A DNA stretch of 64,000 nt from Blepharisma stoltei ATCC 30299 (GCA_965603825.1 CBFDEM010000011.1:992001-1056000); one strand, 5' to 3'. Positions 11,249 through 22,902 are shown, counted from the stretch's first letter. Notes: generated by a model from the letters alone, not told the origin. Program-made: numbers and translations.

Positions 11249-12769
11249 CTAGTTTCTGTTCCAATTATTTCTATATGGCCTTCCCCTATAATCAAACCTT
11301 CTATTGGTTATCACTGTTTTCTGATACATTTCGTCAAACCAATCTGGGAGATCTTGCTTTGTTTCTAATAGTAAACTGTAGAGATCTTTTATTATTGGCT
11401 TACTTTTTTCACTGATAAAAGATATTGCTAAACCTTCTTTTCCTACTCTGCCCGTTCTACCAATCCTGTGGACGTAGTCTTCAATTGAATTTGGGGTGTC
11501 AAAGTTGATCACATTAGTGACGTTTGGAATGTCAAGGCCTCGGGCTGCCACATCAGTTGCTACTAAAATTGGTGTTTTTCCTGACTTAAAATCCCTAAGA
11601 ACTTTTTCTCTTTGAGGCTGATCTTTATCCCCGTGAATTGATGCACATCTATGTCCTCTTCCTATAAGATAATCTTCTAAATTATCAGCAGTTCTCTTCA
11701 TTTCTACAAAAATTAGTACTAGCCCTTGCAGATTTTGCAATTTTTCATGAAGAAACAGTTTTTTATCAGGTTCTTCTACTTTATAAAGAGTTTGTATAAT
11801 ATTTACTGTAGTAGACCCTGCCTTCCCAATTGACAAAAATATATAATTTTTCATGAACTGTACTGCGAGATCTTGTGCTGGCTGAGGAAAAGTGGCAGAG
11901 CACATGACTGTCTCTTTGCCTGGGTTTGTGGTTGACTCTAAAATAGTCCTAATTTGTGGCTCAAAGCCCATATCGAGCATTCTATCAGCCTCATCAAGAA
12001 TCAAATATTTCGTTAACGAAAGATTCACCTTCCCTCTATTGATGAAATCAATAAGTCTGCCTGGGGTAGCCACAATGATATCAACCCCTCTTTCAAGCTC
12101 TTTAGACTGTGTCCTTGGATCTGCCCCTCCATATACAACAGCAACCTTAATTCCTGTCTTATAGCAAAATTTCAATGCTTCCTCATGTATTTGTATTGAT
12201 AGCTCCCTAGTCGGCGCCAGTACAAATCCTAATGGATAAGATCCTCTCCCTCCATGAGGCGCTGGCGGTCCATCATTAAGCATTTTTGCAACCATTGGGA
12301 ATAAATATGAAGCTGTTTTCCCTGATCCTGTCTGTGCACACACCATAAGGTCTCTTCTTGCAAAAAGGCAAGGAATTGCATATTTCTGCACAGGGGTTGG
12401 GTTTTCGTATCCCATTTTTCTGACATTTGCAAGGAGCGTTGGGTGAGCTTCACAGTCAGAAAAGTTTGTCATTGAAAAAGAAGATTCGCTTATTTCTACT
12501 GGCATGTCTTCGTAAGACTCAAAGTCAACACCTTCATGTTTTTCTTGTTGGAATAGAAGCTCTGCTTGCTGAAGGTCTTCGCTGTCTAGAAAGCCATTTC
12601 GCCTGTCTCGTCGACCCCAGCTGCTTTCGGCTTTGACGGAGGCGGAATCGTTTCTGTTTTGTAGGAATTTTTCAAATTTTGATGCTACTGGAGGATCTGA
12701 AGGTGAGGCATTGGCTAGCTGTGCGCGTTTGTGTGGTGGTATGTATTTTCCTGTTTTAGTCCCATCCAT
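11249..12769 (-). CDS. DDX3: DEAD-box RNA helicase, Ded1/DDX3 subfamily, 506 aa
   Basis: YIPPHKR N-terminal motif, PTPVQKYAIP, AQTGSGKT, PTREL, DEADRMLDMGFEPQIR, SAT, HRIGRTGR. Confidence 0.92.
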   Translation of the reverse strand: MDGTKTGKYIPPHKRAQLANASPSDPPVASKFEKFLQNRNDSASVKAESSWGRRDRRNGFLDSEDLQQAELLFQQEKHEGVDFESYEDMPVEISESSFSMTNFSDCEAHPTLLANVRKMGYENPTPVQKYAIPCLFARRDLMVCAQTGSGKTASYLFPMVAKMLNDGPPAPHGGRGSYPLGFVLAPTRELSIQIHEEALKFCYKTGIKVAVVYGGADPRTQSKELERGVDIIVATPGRLIDFINRGKVNLSLTKYLILDEADRMLDMGFEPQIRTILESTTNPGKETVMCSATFPQPAQDLAVQFMKNYIFLSIGKAGSTTVNIIQTLYKVEEPDKKLFLHEKLQNLQGLVLIFVEMKRTADNLEDYLIGRGHRCASIHGDKDQPQREKVLRDFKSGKTPILVATDVAARGLDIPNVTNVINFDTPNSIEDYVHRIGRTGRVGKEGLAISFISEKSKPIIKDLYSLLLETKQDLPDWFDEMYQKTVITNRRFDYRGRPYRNNWNRN

Positions 12770-13051
12770 TTTATGGATAGCTTTATTAGCTTCTGCAAGA
12801 TTAATAAGGAATTTGAATTATAGCGAAAAATCCATAGAGAAAATAGTGGAGTAAAGCTCAACAGTAGATGGATTTGACATAAAAACACTCTGAATAAGCT
12901 TGAAAATTCTAAAAATAATTAAATTGTAAACTAATAAAAAAGATATGAATATTTAAATAGAATATGAACTATGGCGGTAGAACATACAAAAATCAGGAAA
13001 CATTTTTCCACAGTATTGATAAATTTATATTTGAGTAAAAATATTATTATA

Positions 13052-13417
13052 ATGTCAGACAATAAGAGCGATATTCCAATTGTCAAATCATTGATTTTAC
13101 CCCAATGCAGACATATGATTTGTGGAGGCTTTCCTTTTGCTATGCTTTTCTCAATGCCTTTTATTCTTATTTTTTCATACTACAACACACAAAATCAGAA
13201 ACCTTTCATGAAGTGAAATGCGAAATCTTTTGGCAAAGATATTTTATTAGGCTGGACAATAGCAATTTCATATGTCTCCCTAAGAACCTTATTTTTCGAC
13301 CCATATTGTGATCCAAAATCAATTCATTATGATAAGAATCTCAATGCTTTTGAAAGAAAGAAAAAGGCATTTGATGAGGTACAAAATATTTTGAGAAGTG
13401 AAGGGAAAAGAGAGTAA
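13052..13417 (+). CDS. Small hypothetical protein with two hydrophobic segments, ~121 aa
   Basis: ATG 13052 (ataATG context), TGA 13214 read as Trp, open to TAA 13415-13417. Confidence 0.6.
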
Positions 13418-13459
13418 ATAAGCTTTATTCAAATAAACTGGTTAGATTTATATACTTTT

Positions 13460-14101
13460 CTAATATCTTCTTCTACCTGGCATTATAGTATTAAGCAGCC
13501 CAAATCCATATCCCATATATAAGCTTCCAAGTCCTGTGACTCCTTCAAAATTCGTCGAATACAGTTGTGACTGCAAGAACTCCCAAGTCTGTTCAAACTC
13601 CTTGCTCGAATCATAAACCATGCATAGTTCAGTAGCTGTAAATACTTGTCCGAGCCCAACTCTTTTTGCATACCAATCAATCCCAGTTGAGTGGTCTCCC
13701 ACAATATCGCACATAAGGTTCATTGTTGAGTACAGCCTATCACTAATGCTCGTCACATTTCTTGGGTATATCCCTAGTTTCATAGCAGATCCCCAATGTG
13801 GCATATATGAGATTTCATATGAAAGCCTTGCTTTTAGCATAACAAAATATTGGTCGGATAGCTCTTTTCCTTCAAGCTGTTGTAAAGTAACGTCAGTCGA
13901 TAGCTTGTCTTCCCATTCTTTCATTAAAATCTCAGCGATTTCGATCGGACCATTAGGAAAAAGAGCTCTTGAAGTTGCCTATATAAAAATTACTGGTGAC
14001 AGACCATTGTCCTTGGCAGCTTGAACAAGCATAGCATCGGTTCATCCCAAAGTCTTTGCTAAATTTTTAGCAGAGTTAATGAGTAATTCACGTGCTTGCA
14101 T
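13460..14101 (-). CDS. COQ9: Ubiquinone biosynthesis protein COQ9, ~208 aa, one 15-nt intron
   Basis: ATG 14101; LG(W)TD with TGA 14042 at the conserved GW. FPNGPIE after removing intron 13979-13993; GDHSTGIDWYAKR, ATELCMVYDSS..EQTWEFL; TAG 13460. Confidence 0.88.
13979..13993 (-). other. 15-nt intron GTAATTTTTATATAG
   Basis: GT..AG, A10, removes in-frame TAG in COQ9. Confidence 0.9.
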
Positions 14102-14114
14102 TGTGTTTATAAAA

Positions 14115-14600
14115 ATGGAATCAAGACCATCAGGGAATTCGAAGAAACTGAGAGATAAAATTAGTGAAAAGCTAGAAGAGTATGGAGAAGCTATAGCAAA
14201 TGAAGATTTGCTTGACTATATTATGCTGATCTCTACAAAATGTAGGAAGACCAAAGAGCAGCTCTTGGTAATATTGAGGGAATTTTTTGAAGATCAAACT
14301 GAAGAGTTCGTTGACTGGCTGAGAAATATTAGTTTTTCTACTGAAAAGAAGAAAAAATGCAAATTCTGGCCTAACTGCCCAGACGAAGAAGAATGCTCAT
14401 ACTTTCATCCCCACGAACAAGTAGCCTCTACATAGTGTCCAAGATGGCCAAAGTGCAAATTCGGAGCTCAGTGTTTATTCATCCACCCAACAGTATTCCT
14501 TATATTCTAGATTGCATGTAAATTCGGCGAAAACTGCTCAAGACCTAACTGTGCATATGACCATCCTCATAAAAAGCAGAAACATAATGATAATAACTAA
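14115..14600 (+). CDS. Nab2/ZC3H14-like poly(A)-binding protein (PWI-like + 3 CCCH fingers), ~150 aa, two introns
   Basis: aaaaATG 14115; LLDYIMLI..LREFFEDQTEEFVDWL (PWI-like). CKFWPNC..CSYFHP, CPRWPKCKFGAQCLFIHP and CKFGENCSRPNCAYDHP after removing introns 14421-14435 and 14493-14510; TAA 14598. Confidence 0.82.
14421..14435 (+). other. 15-nt intron GTAGCCTCTACATAG
   Basis: GT..AG, A10, removes in-frame TAG between CCCH fingers. Confidence 0.9.
14493..14510 (+). other. 18-nt intron GTATTCCTTATATTCTAG
   Basis: GT..AG, A10. Removal restores the third CCCH finger; there is no AG at positions 14-15. Confidence 0.75.
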
Positions 14601-14639
14601 TAATATTTATAATTAGGGTAAAATAAGGTCTTTCTGGCC

Positions 14640-16271
14640 TTAATTTATAGACACTCTTGACGTAAAAGACTCAATTGAGGATCCTCTATGGCTTAGCCTT
14701 CTTACAGGAGTTCCATCCTCTGCTCTTGGGGCTAAATTGTCTTCTTCAAAATCTACATAAAATTTACTCTGCATTATCATTTTGAAATCCTCAAAAGTAA
14801 ATCCCTTGGCAGGGTCAAATCTGATTTCTGCTAGCAAAGCTGAAAATTCTTGCTCTGAAAATTCGCAGCCAAATTTTGTTAAAGCTTGCTTAAGGGCGTC
14901 TAAATTGAGAATTCCTTTATTTTCTGGGTCAAAATCTCGGTATGCGTCCCACATAAGCTCTTCATTCAGCAAATATTTTCTGTCAAGCGTGGCGATTAAG
15001 AAGCTTGTATAGTTAATTTTCCCTGGCTCTGTGCCATATTTTTGGAAAATTTTAGCGATTTCTTCGTTTCCCATCTCCATTCCGCACTTATTCATAACCT
15101 CACTTAGCTTGGAATAGGTGATATATCCTGTTCCAGCTGTATCTAATGTCACAAAAGTAGTTTTTAGCTCCCTTATTTTGTCGGCTGACAGATATCTGAG
15201 GATCGATTTCATACCTTCGACCCAGAGCTTGCTTTCTTTTTGTTGTTTTTTGATTCTTAATAGAACATCTCTAGAGACGATATTGCTTTGGGTTGAGTCA
15301 CATTCCATATGAAACCATTCATGCTGCAAGGCTGTGGAAGCGTCAATTCTCAGTATTGGGTTTTTTTGAAGCATCCCTGAAACTAAATGCTTGGATTGAG
15401 GGGAAACGTAAAGCCATTCTTCGTTATTCAAATTAACCTCACCTTTCATGACCTTTTTCAAAGTAAAATCTCTCGACTCACTTGCAAAAGGGTTTCGGCC
15501 TGTTAAAAGCTGATACATAATGACGCCGAGGGACCAAATGTCGCATTCTCTGCCATAGGTTCCTGATAGCACTTCTGGAGCCAAATAGCTGAGAGTGCCT
15601 ACAACAGTTTTCATCTGGTCTCCTGGCTGCACGTACAGGCTGACGCCAAAATCCAAAATTTTGAGTTCAGCGTCTTCATCTTGTGAAGAAAACAAAAAGT
15701 TTTCTGGTTTTAAATCCCGATGGCAAATATTCAAACTATGCAAATAATTTACTGCAGAAAGTAACTTCCTCATAATAACCCTCGCTTCTTCTTCACTAAT
15801 ATAATCTTGCTTTATAATGTACTCGAATAAATCACCGCCTGTGCATAATTCCATCACAATATGTAGGTACATTTGGTCTTCATAAATTTCATGGACTTGT
15901 ATTATATTCGGATGATCGACTTGTCTAAGAATTTCTAATTCTCTCTTTAGCATTGAAATTTCCTTGCCCAGCTTTTTTTTTGTGATTGATTTTACAGCAA
16001 ATTTCTTTCCGTCAGGAATTTGCCTTGACGATAGCAGTGAACTTACGTGGGTCAAAGAATTTTGCTTAACTGTATTTAGCTTGACTGCTTCTCTTACAGT
16101 TCCGAATTTTCCATGCCCAATAACTTTGACAAAAGCATAGTGGCTTCTTATGTCTGATTAAGGGTTACTTTCAAATATGATGAAATCTCCTTCCATAACT
16201 TCAGATTTGACGATCTTGGGGGCATTAATAGGTAATCGAAATTGATGCTCACTTGGACAGCAAACTCCCAT
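14640..16271 (-). CDS. CDPK: Calcium-dependent protein kinase (kinase + EF hands), ~538 aa, one 15-nt intron
   Basis: ATG 16271 MGVCC (myristoylation/palmitoylation-type start), IGHGKFGTV, HRDLKPEN, DFG, APE, and a calmodulin-like C-terminus. Intron 16154-16168 removes a TAA. Confidence 0.92.
16154..16168 (-). other. 15-nt intron GTAACCCTTAATCAG
   Basis: GT..AG, A10, removes in-frame TAA. Confidence 0.9.
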
Positions 16272-16300
16272 TTTTTTATAATTCAAATTATATATATGGA

Positions 16301-18346
16301 TTATCCCCAGGCTCCTGAAATGAAACCTCTTTCTTGTTTTATTTGTTTTCTCGCGTTGAATTCAGCTAATTTTCGCTTTTGTTCCAAAATTTTTTCCTTT
16401 TTTTTTTCTTCGTTTCTTTTATTGTTTTCTTCAATCTTCATTATAGCTTCTAGTCGTGCCATTTCTTCTCTTCTTCTTGCTTCTTCGAATTTTTTGATTT
16501 TCTGCATCTCCCTGATCCTTTTTTCTCTTCTTATTTGTCTTCTTCTTTCTTTTTCTGCCAATTCTAGCCTAATTTTGTCTTTTTCTTTTCTCTTTTCATA
16601 AGTAATTCTTTCGAAATCCATTTTAAATTTCATTTTTCTTTCAGCCTCAAGCTCATCTAGTCTAGTCAGCCTATGATGGACTTTTCTGAGTTTTGCTTCA
16701 GCTAATTTTCGCTCTTTTTCTTCATCCACATATTTTTCTTCAATTAAATCATCTAATGATCGAAGATTTTTTGTAGATTTTGCAAGTGTGCCACGACCTG
16801 CCGGCGAATTGTCTACATTTTTTACATAGAACTTTTCGTGCCTTATAGGTGAGCTTTCAGATGGAAATGTACCGATATACGTTGAAAAATTTTTGGTATG
16901 GGGAAATGGAGAGTCGGTTTCACGTTTGTTACAAAAATCTAAATCTTCAGAAAATACATATCGCTTGGTGTTTTTGCCAGTTTTAGCTGGCAAAAAGCTA
17001 TAATTTTCATGATCTGAAGGCTCTGGAGAAATTTTTTGAGATTTTGACGAAAAATAGTCAGGCAGCTTGAGAAGATTTTTCCCTATGCTTGGAGATAAAC
17101 CCAAGATATGATTTTCTTCTTCGCTATCTTCTGATACATCAGTATATTCAACCTCTTGATTTTCCGTAATTCTTCGCAAATATTCGTTCTCTTGTTCCAA
17201 TTCTAAAACTTTTTTATTTAATTCTGACGCCCCATTTTCGACTCTAACGACACTTAAAAGACTTTTCAGTTTTTCAATTTCTTGCTGAAGATTTATAATA
17301 ATTTCAGTCGAATTCATGGCTGCTGGCTCATTTCTCTTGACTCTTACCATTATTTCTTTCGCCCTATCTGCAAATATAAGTGTATTTATTGTTGTATCAA
17401 CATGCTCTATTTGTGGAGAAATCGTGGCAATTAGTATTGTTTTTGTGTTGCCACCTAAAGAATCTTGTAGCAATCTAGTAAGCTTTGAGTCTCTATAAGG
17501 TATGTGCTCTTTATTTCCGCTTGCCAAGGCATGAATTACCATTCCTAGAGTGCTTAAGCTTTTATTGATATTTTTCAACTCATTTATATGGCCATTATTC
17601 ATCTCATATTCTTTATCATATCTTTCGCATCCAGCCAAGTCACAAAAGCTGAGCTTGCTTCTTCTGAAACCTCCCTTTTTATTAATCACATACAACTGAA
17701 AAATTGAATGAGATCGGCTACTCTGATTATTTAGCCTAGTCTGGCGGACTGCTCTGTTTTTAATACCTTCAGATAGTAGTAGCATGCATTCGTTAGCAGA
17801 ACTAATTGATGTTTCTTCAAGTCCATCTATAAAGATCTCGCTTTTGTACTCTCGAATTCTTAAAGATTTAGCTCTGGCTGGGTCTGATAAGAGATCATAT
17901 AAGTGTTCGTTGTAAATCTGCAAAAAATTTAAATTGAAAGATATATATTCGTTTTCAATGCTAAACAGCTTTGAAATTGCTCTTGGGATTATACCTTGAT
18001 TTGAATTTTCTGTGAAAAGCTCATTATTTTCTCAACCAACACCAAAAATAGTGTGTGTTTTTCCTGATCCTGTTTGTCCGTATGCAAAAATTGTTGCATT
18101 GAACCCTTCTAAAGTTTGTAGGACTGAAGGGCAGACAAAGTCAAAAACATCTTTTTGACTTGAATTTTGGGAGAAAATTTTGTCGTAGTGGCTTGTTATA
18201 GTGTGCTCGCTATCGTCTATATGAATAGTTTTTTCCTATATTAAAGTCACATCGTCAATCCTTATGATTTGAGGATGATAATTGTTATAAGATAGAAATG
18301 GTCGCACTCTTATTGATACCTTTATATGTTCTTCTTGAGAATCCAT
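16301..18346 (-). CDS. Kinesin (N-terminal motor domain, charged coiled-coil tail), ~676 aa, one 15-nt intron
   Basis: ATG 18346, IKVSIRVRP, AYGQTGSGKT, TGA 18032, SSRSH, DLAGCE, HIPYRDSKLTRLLQDSLGG; TAA 16301. Confidence 0.92.
18236..18250 (-). other. 15-nt intron GTGACTTTAATATAG
   Basis: GT..AG (GTG donor), A10, removes in-frame TAG in the kinesin motor. Confidence 0.85.
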
Positions 18347-18640
18347 TTTTTAAGAAATATGAGTTTCTTTGATGGTTTGGAGATAAGAAGATTGGAATTA
18401 ACAAAAATTAATTAATTCTAGGCTTATATTTATTTCAGAAAGAGACTGTTTTGTTTTTAGAAAAATAAGACTGTTTTAAAAATTATCTTTATAAATTATT
18501 GCATTTAACTAAATTATTATGCTATTGTATTAAAAAAGTTCTAAAAGACGAATATATTTAACGATAAATCTAAATAATTATTGGCTAAAATCATCAAAAG
18601 GCTTATATAGCCATTTCTTATATATTTTTGTAATAGGAAA

Positions 18641-19375
18641 ATGAGAGCTATTGTGGCAATTTTAATCCTATCTGCTGTTTACGCTTTGGAATGGGTCAAT
18701 TATACAGTTACCTCTCTGAACACAGAATATAAAGAAATCACTGGAAAATCCGCAAATCTCTATCAATTAATAGACACATTACACTCATACGATCAATTAG
18801 TAAATGGCTATAATCATCATCTTTTGCTTTTACTTAATAACACAAGCACTGAAAGTCTTTCTATGCATTTCATTTGTGTATACAGCGATTTCAACGAAAC
18901 AGATATTGAAATAACTGATCACACAGTCCCTGAAATGACCCTTGATTCCAAATCTGACGACATAATTGCAAATGCCCTCTCAAAAAGCATTAAAAAACCA
19001 AAAGCCAAACTCTCCAATCTTACAGTATACAGACAAGATATTAAGTTCCCTTCCTATGGAGTTGGTAATATGACTGAAGCAATTAACTACACCTTATACA
19101 GCTCAATCGCTACTTATCAAGGAAACGAATATATAGTCTACGCCTCAATCAGCAAAGACTCAGAAAAATACTACGCTTGGCAAACTGATAACTCCTCCTC
19201 AAAAAAATTCGGCTCCACTCTATTTCCTATCACAATTACAGTCATTATCGCAGTCGTTGCTACCTTCCTCGCTCTTTATGCTTATGTCAGCCGCAGAGCA
19301 ATTCCTTTTGAAAAGCAAGTAGACACAGACCCCAGGACTCTCGGAGTAGAAAAGAACATTGAAAGCGACAGATAA
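18641..19375 (+). CDS. Type I membrane protein with cystatin-like ectodomain, 244 aa
   Basis: Signal peptide MRAIVAILILSAVYA, QLVNGYNH (cystatin QxVxG-xNY-like), several NxS/T sites, C-terminal TM helix and short tail. The cystatin call is motif-level only. Confidence 0.6.
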   Translation: MRAIVAILILSAVYALEWVNYTVTSLNTEYKEITGKSANLYQLIDTLHSYDQLVNGYNHHLLLLLNNTSTESLSMHFICVYSDFNETDIEITDHTVPEMTLDSKSDDIIANALSKSIKKPKAKLSNLTVYRQDIKFPSYGVGNMTEAINYTLYSSIATYQGNEYIVYASISKDSEKYYAWQTDNSSSKKFGSTLFPITITVIIAVVATFLALYAYVSRRAIPFEKQVDTDPRTLGVEKNIESDR

Positions 19376-19396
19376 TTTAATTCAATATTATAGAAA

Positions 19397-21253
19397 TTAA
19401 TTAGCCAAAGGAATCCATGTATTTGTAACAATGTTGTATTTCAACACATAATTTTCTTTATTGATGGAGTATAACATGTGGCCTTTTCTTGTGACGTGAA
19501 GTCAGAAAAATAGCCATGTGGAGGTTAAAGGAATGTTTGCGGAATTATAAAATTCGTCTGTTATTGTATTGTAGACATAAGACATCCTATGTGGCTCATC
19601 GCTAGGGCCTTCTCCACCGAAAATCAAAATTTGAGAGGAGTCAAGAGCGTAGCAGCCATGCTGCCACAGCTTGTCAGGAAGAATTGTAGGCAAGAGCTGC
19701 CAGTTGTTAGATTCTATGGAGTATCGCTCAATTGTGTTGTTGACTGTAGTTTGATAGCCTCCGAATACATAAATACAGTTTTTGATGTGGACTCCTGATG
19801 CGCAGGTTCTTCCGTATGCCATACTAGCAATGCTTCGCCAGTTTTGGGTGGCTAAATTTAAAACTTCACAATGGTTAAGGGTTTGATTTATTTCATTTTT
19901 CCCTGAAAGAACATACACTTCATTGTTTATTAACAAGCAGATATGTGAAGAATGCCCATTTATCATACTCGGGGCTGGTGTAGTTTCACCTGTTTCTGGG
20001 TTCAAATAAAAAGCAGTCAATTTTGCGCCTGACTCTTTGCTTGGTTTTCCTCCTGTAATTAAAATATTCCCATTCGGCAATAATACAAACCCAGACCATC
20101 TAGGTATTATTTCAGCAGACCTTATAGACATAGTAGAAGTTCTTTGGCTTTCTAAATCATAGCGCACATATTCCTTGCTCCCTCGGCTTAAATAATACAG
20201 CTTATTGCTTTCTACAATTTCTGAAGTTTTTAGCTCCAAAGTGCAGAGAGACTCTAACAAATTATTCAGCGCGCTTTGATTTTTAAATTGTAAAATCACT
20301 TCTGGCTTTTCCCCAATAATCAGCTGTGGGTCAATAGTCGAAAGTTCTTTAGCTTTTTGATAAAGCGACAAATCATCTGTCAAATTTGACAGCTCTTGTG
20401 CTTGTTTTTGTACCCCATCCAGTGTGACGACTTTTTCAATTAAATTTTGTTTTAAAGTTTCATAGCTTTTGCAGATTTTTGATTTTGTGCTGGACCGAAT
20501 GGCTTCAACTTTAGTATTTAATTGGTTGCAGACCTCGTCTAATTCGTTGGTGTTTTTTTGTTGCTGCTCTACAAGTTCTTCAAATTGACGCTTGATTTCG
20601 TCTTTTGTTAGGGTGATTCTTTGGTAGATCTGGGGAAGAGTTTCTTTGGTTTGGATTATTTCAGCTGCAAGCCTAGCTTTGGCGTCTTCTCTGGTCAGAA
20701 TGGTATGACCGTTGTGGAGTGATGAAAATTGGGCACATTTCATGCAGCATTTTACACAGTCTGTCATACAAAATAGATCTTCTTCTAAATGATGCTCCAT
20801 GCATAATTCTTGTTTTACTTTACTTAAATGAAGGATTTTATGATGTGCAAACCTGGATTTCGATAGGTGGGAAACAGAGCAGTCTTGGCAGAGGGTAGAT
20901 TCACAGGTAATGCATTCACTTGTAGCATACTTTGGGTTTTCTACACAAAGTTGACAAAGGATATGGGAAGACGGCTCTTGAGCTGTTTTTCAGTTTTCAA
21001 TTATGTTCTTGAGCACTATGTTTTTCGGCAAACATTCAGGAGAAAGCGAAGTCAGAAATGTGCAGCCTCTGCATATTGGGCATGAGAAAACTTTTGACTA
21101 TATAGAGATTACATCTTTTTCTCTGAGGCTAATCACAGTAATAAGCTGTGAAGCACATTCATAACAGAGATTATGAGAGCAGCTTAAGATAATCGGATCT
21201 CTAAGAATATCAAGACAAACTGGACACATGCATTCTTTGTCTATTCTTAGCAT
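19397..21253 (-). CDS. RING-Bbox1-Bbox2-coiled-coil-Kelch (TRIM-like) protein, ~613 aa, one 15-nt intron
   Basis: ATG 21253; CPVC..CSHNLCYEC..CPIC RING across intron 21098-21112; TGA 20990; CQLC..CITC..CQDC..H..H and CMEH..CMTD..CCMKC..H..H B-boxes; Kelch repeats (ITGG, VFGG, IFGG); TGA 19502; TAA 19397. Confidence 0.85.
21098..21112 (-). other. 15-nt intron GTAATCTCTATATAG
   Basis: GT..AG, A10, removes in-frame TAG within the RING. Confidence 0.9.
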
Positions 21254-21370
21254 TTTTTAATAATTTCCATATAATAATCCTAATTAAAAGCTGTTTCCAA
21301 CTTAAACCCATAAATAACTAAAAAAATAAAGCAAAATTTAAAGCTTGATTAATGGTTGAGTTAATAAAAG

Positions 21371-21862
21371 ATGCAGGACTCCAAAAGCAACATCATGTTC
21401 CGTAAAACCCGAGCTTACAATGGCCGCAACGACAGCTCAATAGATTCTGACTTTTCCCAAGAACAAGCCAAGTACGACCAGCAGCGCCAGCGTCGTCAAG
21501 AAACCGAAGAGCAGCGAAGGGTCATGCTATTTGGCAGTTCTGAAGAAAAAGCTGCCCATCAGTCCAAAGTGAAACAAGATGCAAATCTTCAGCTAATGAT
21601 GAGAGAACAGCAAGAAAAAGAGCGTCGCGACAGACAGAGAAGAGAAGACCAAAGGGTAGAAGAGCACAGGCAGATGATGGACGACATGTATAACCAAAGA
21701 GAAAGAGAACGCAGAGAAAAAATGCGACAAATGCAAGAAGAAAATAGGATGGCAATCATGGCAAAGAACTCAGAAAGCCTTTATAGAAAAGTGAACCAAG
21801 ATAGGCAGGATAAGGACTCAATCAATAGCAATATCAGCAACTACCAGCCTAACGTATTTTAA
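21371..21862 (+). CDS. Charged E/R/Q-rich coiled-coil protein, 163 aa
   Basis: ATG..TAA ORF with strong coding bias; no named domain recognised. Confidence 0.7.
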   Translation: MQDSKSNIMFRKTRAYNGRNDSSIDSDFSQEQAKYDQQRQRRQETEEQRRVMLFGSSEEKAAHQSKVKQDANLQLMMREQQEKERRDRQRREDQRVEEHRQMMDDMYNQRERERREKMRQMQEENRMAIMAKNSESLYRKVNQDRQDKDSINSNISNYQPNVF

Positions 21863-21927
21863 TTACTTATTGAATAATTGAGGAATGAATGCTATTTATT
21901 AGGTTCTTATAAATAATTTGCATTAAA

Positions 21928-22902
21928 ATGATGAGAGCAGTAACTTTATTGAGATATGGCGGGCCTGAAGTGCTTCAAATTTCACAAATTCCGATCCCTG
22001 TACCAAAGCCTAATGAGGTATTATTGAAAGTTCATGCAACTGCTCTTAATCGTGCAGATCTCTTGCAGAGAAGAGGGTTTTATCCTCCTCCGGCTGGAGC
22101 TTCTGATATAATAGGTTTGGAGTGTGCGGGAGAAGTAGCACAGTCTACAAGAAACTGGGCTTCAGGACAAAGAGTTATGGCAATTCTTCCAGGTGGCGGC
22201 TATGCTGAGTATGCTGCTGTTAAATCAGATCACCTAATGCCGATTCCTGAGAATTTATCTTATGAAGAAGCTGCTGCAATTCCTGAAGGCTGGGTTACAG
22301 CTTATCAGCTATTATTTTATATTGCTAGAGGAAAAGCACAAGAAAAAGTATTAGTTCATGCTGGAGCGAGCGGCGTAGGAACTGCACTTATACAATTAGC
22401 TAAATTAAAAGGCCTTAAAGTTGCTGTCACTTGTGGTAGCCAAGAGAAAATAGAATTCTGCAAAAATTTAGGGGCTGATCTTGCTATAAATTATAAGACA
22501 GAATCATTTAAACAGAAGGTAAAAGAGTTTGGAGGAGCTGATATTGTTTTAGATTGCATTGGGGCTAATTATTTTGAAGATAATTTAGATGCAATTAGGC
22601 TAGATGGGAGATGGGTTATTTATGGGACTATGGGAGGACACCAAGTAAATCAAGTATCTCTAAGAGGAATGATGGGGAAAAGAATTAGCTTGATTTCGAC
22701 AACATTGAGAAATAGATCTGATGAGTATAAAGCTGATTTGGTGGGATCTTTTATAGATGATGGAATTTTAGATGCCTTTAGGAATAGAGTTTTAAAGCCT
22801 ATAATTTACAGGACTTTCCCAATTGAAAAAATAGCGGAAGCTCATGAGATTATGGAAAAAAATGAAAATTCAGGGAAAATTGTACTGAAAATATCCAATT
22901 AA
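21928..22902 (+). CDS. NADPH:quinone oxidoreductase, PIG3/TP53I3 family (MDR superfamily), 324 aa
   Basis: LNRADLLQRRGFYPPPAGASDIIGLECAG, AAAIPE, VLVHAGASGVG, GKIVL. Confidence 0.92.
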   Translation: MMRAVTLLRYGGPEVLQISQIPIPVPKPNEVLLKVHATALNRADLLQRRGFYPPPAGASDIIGLECAGEVAQSTRNWASGQRVMAILPGGGYAEYAAVKSDHLMPIPENLSYEEAAAIPEGWVTAYQLLFYIARGKAQEKVLVHAGASGVGTALIQLAKLKGLKVAVTCGSQEKIEFCKNLGADLAINYKTESFKQKVKEFGGADIVLDCIGANYFEDNLDAIRLDGRWVIYGTMGGHQVNQVSLRGMMGKRISLISTTLRNRSDEYKADLVGSFIDDGILDAFRNRVLKPIIYRTFPIEKIAEAHEIMEKNENSGKIVLKISN

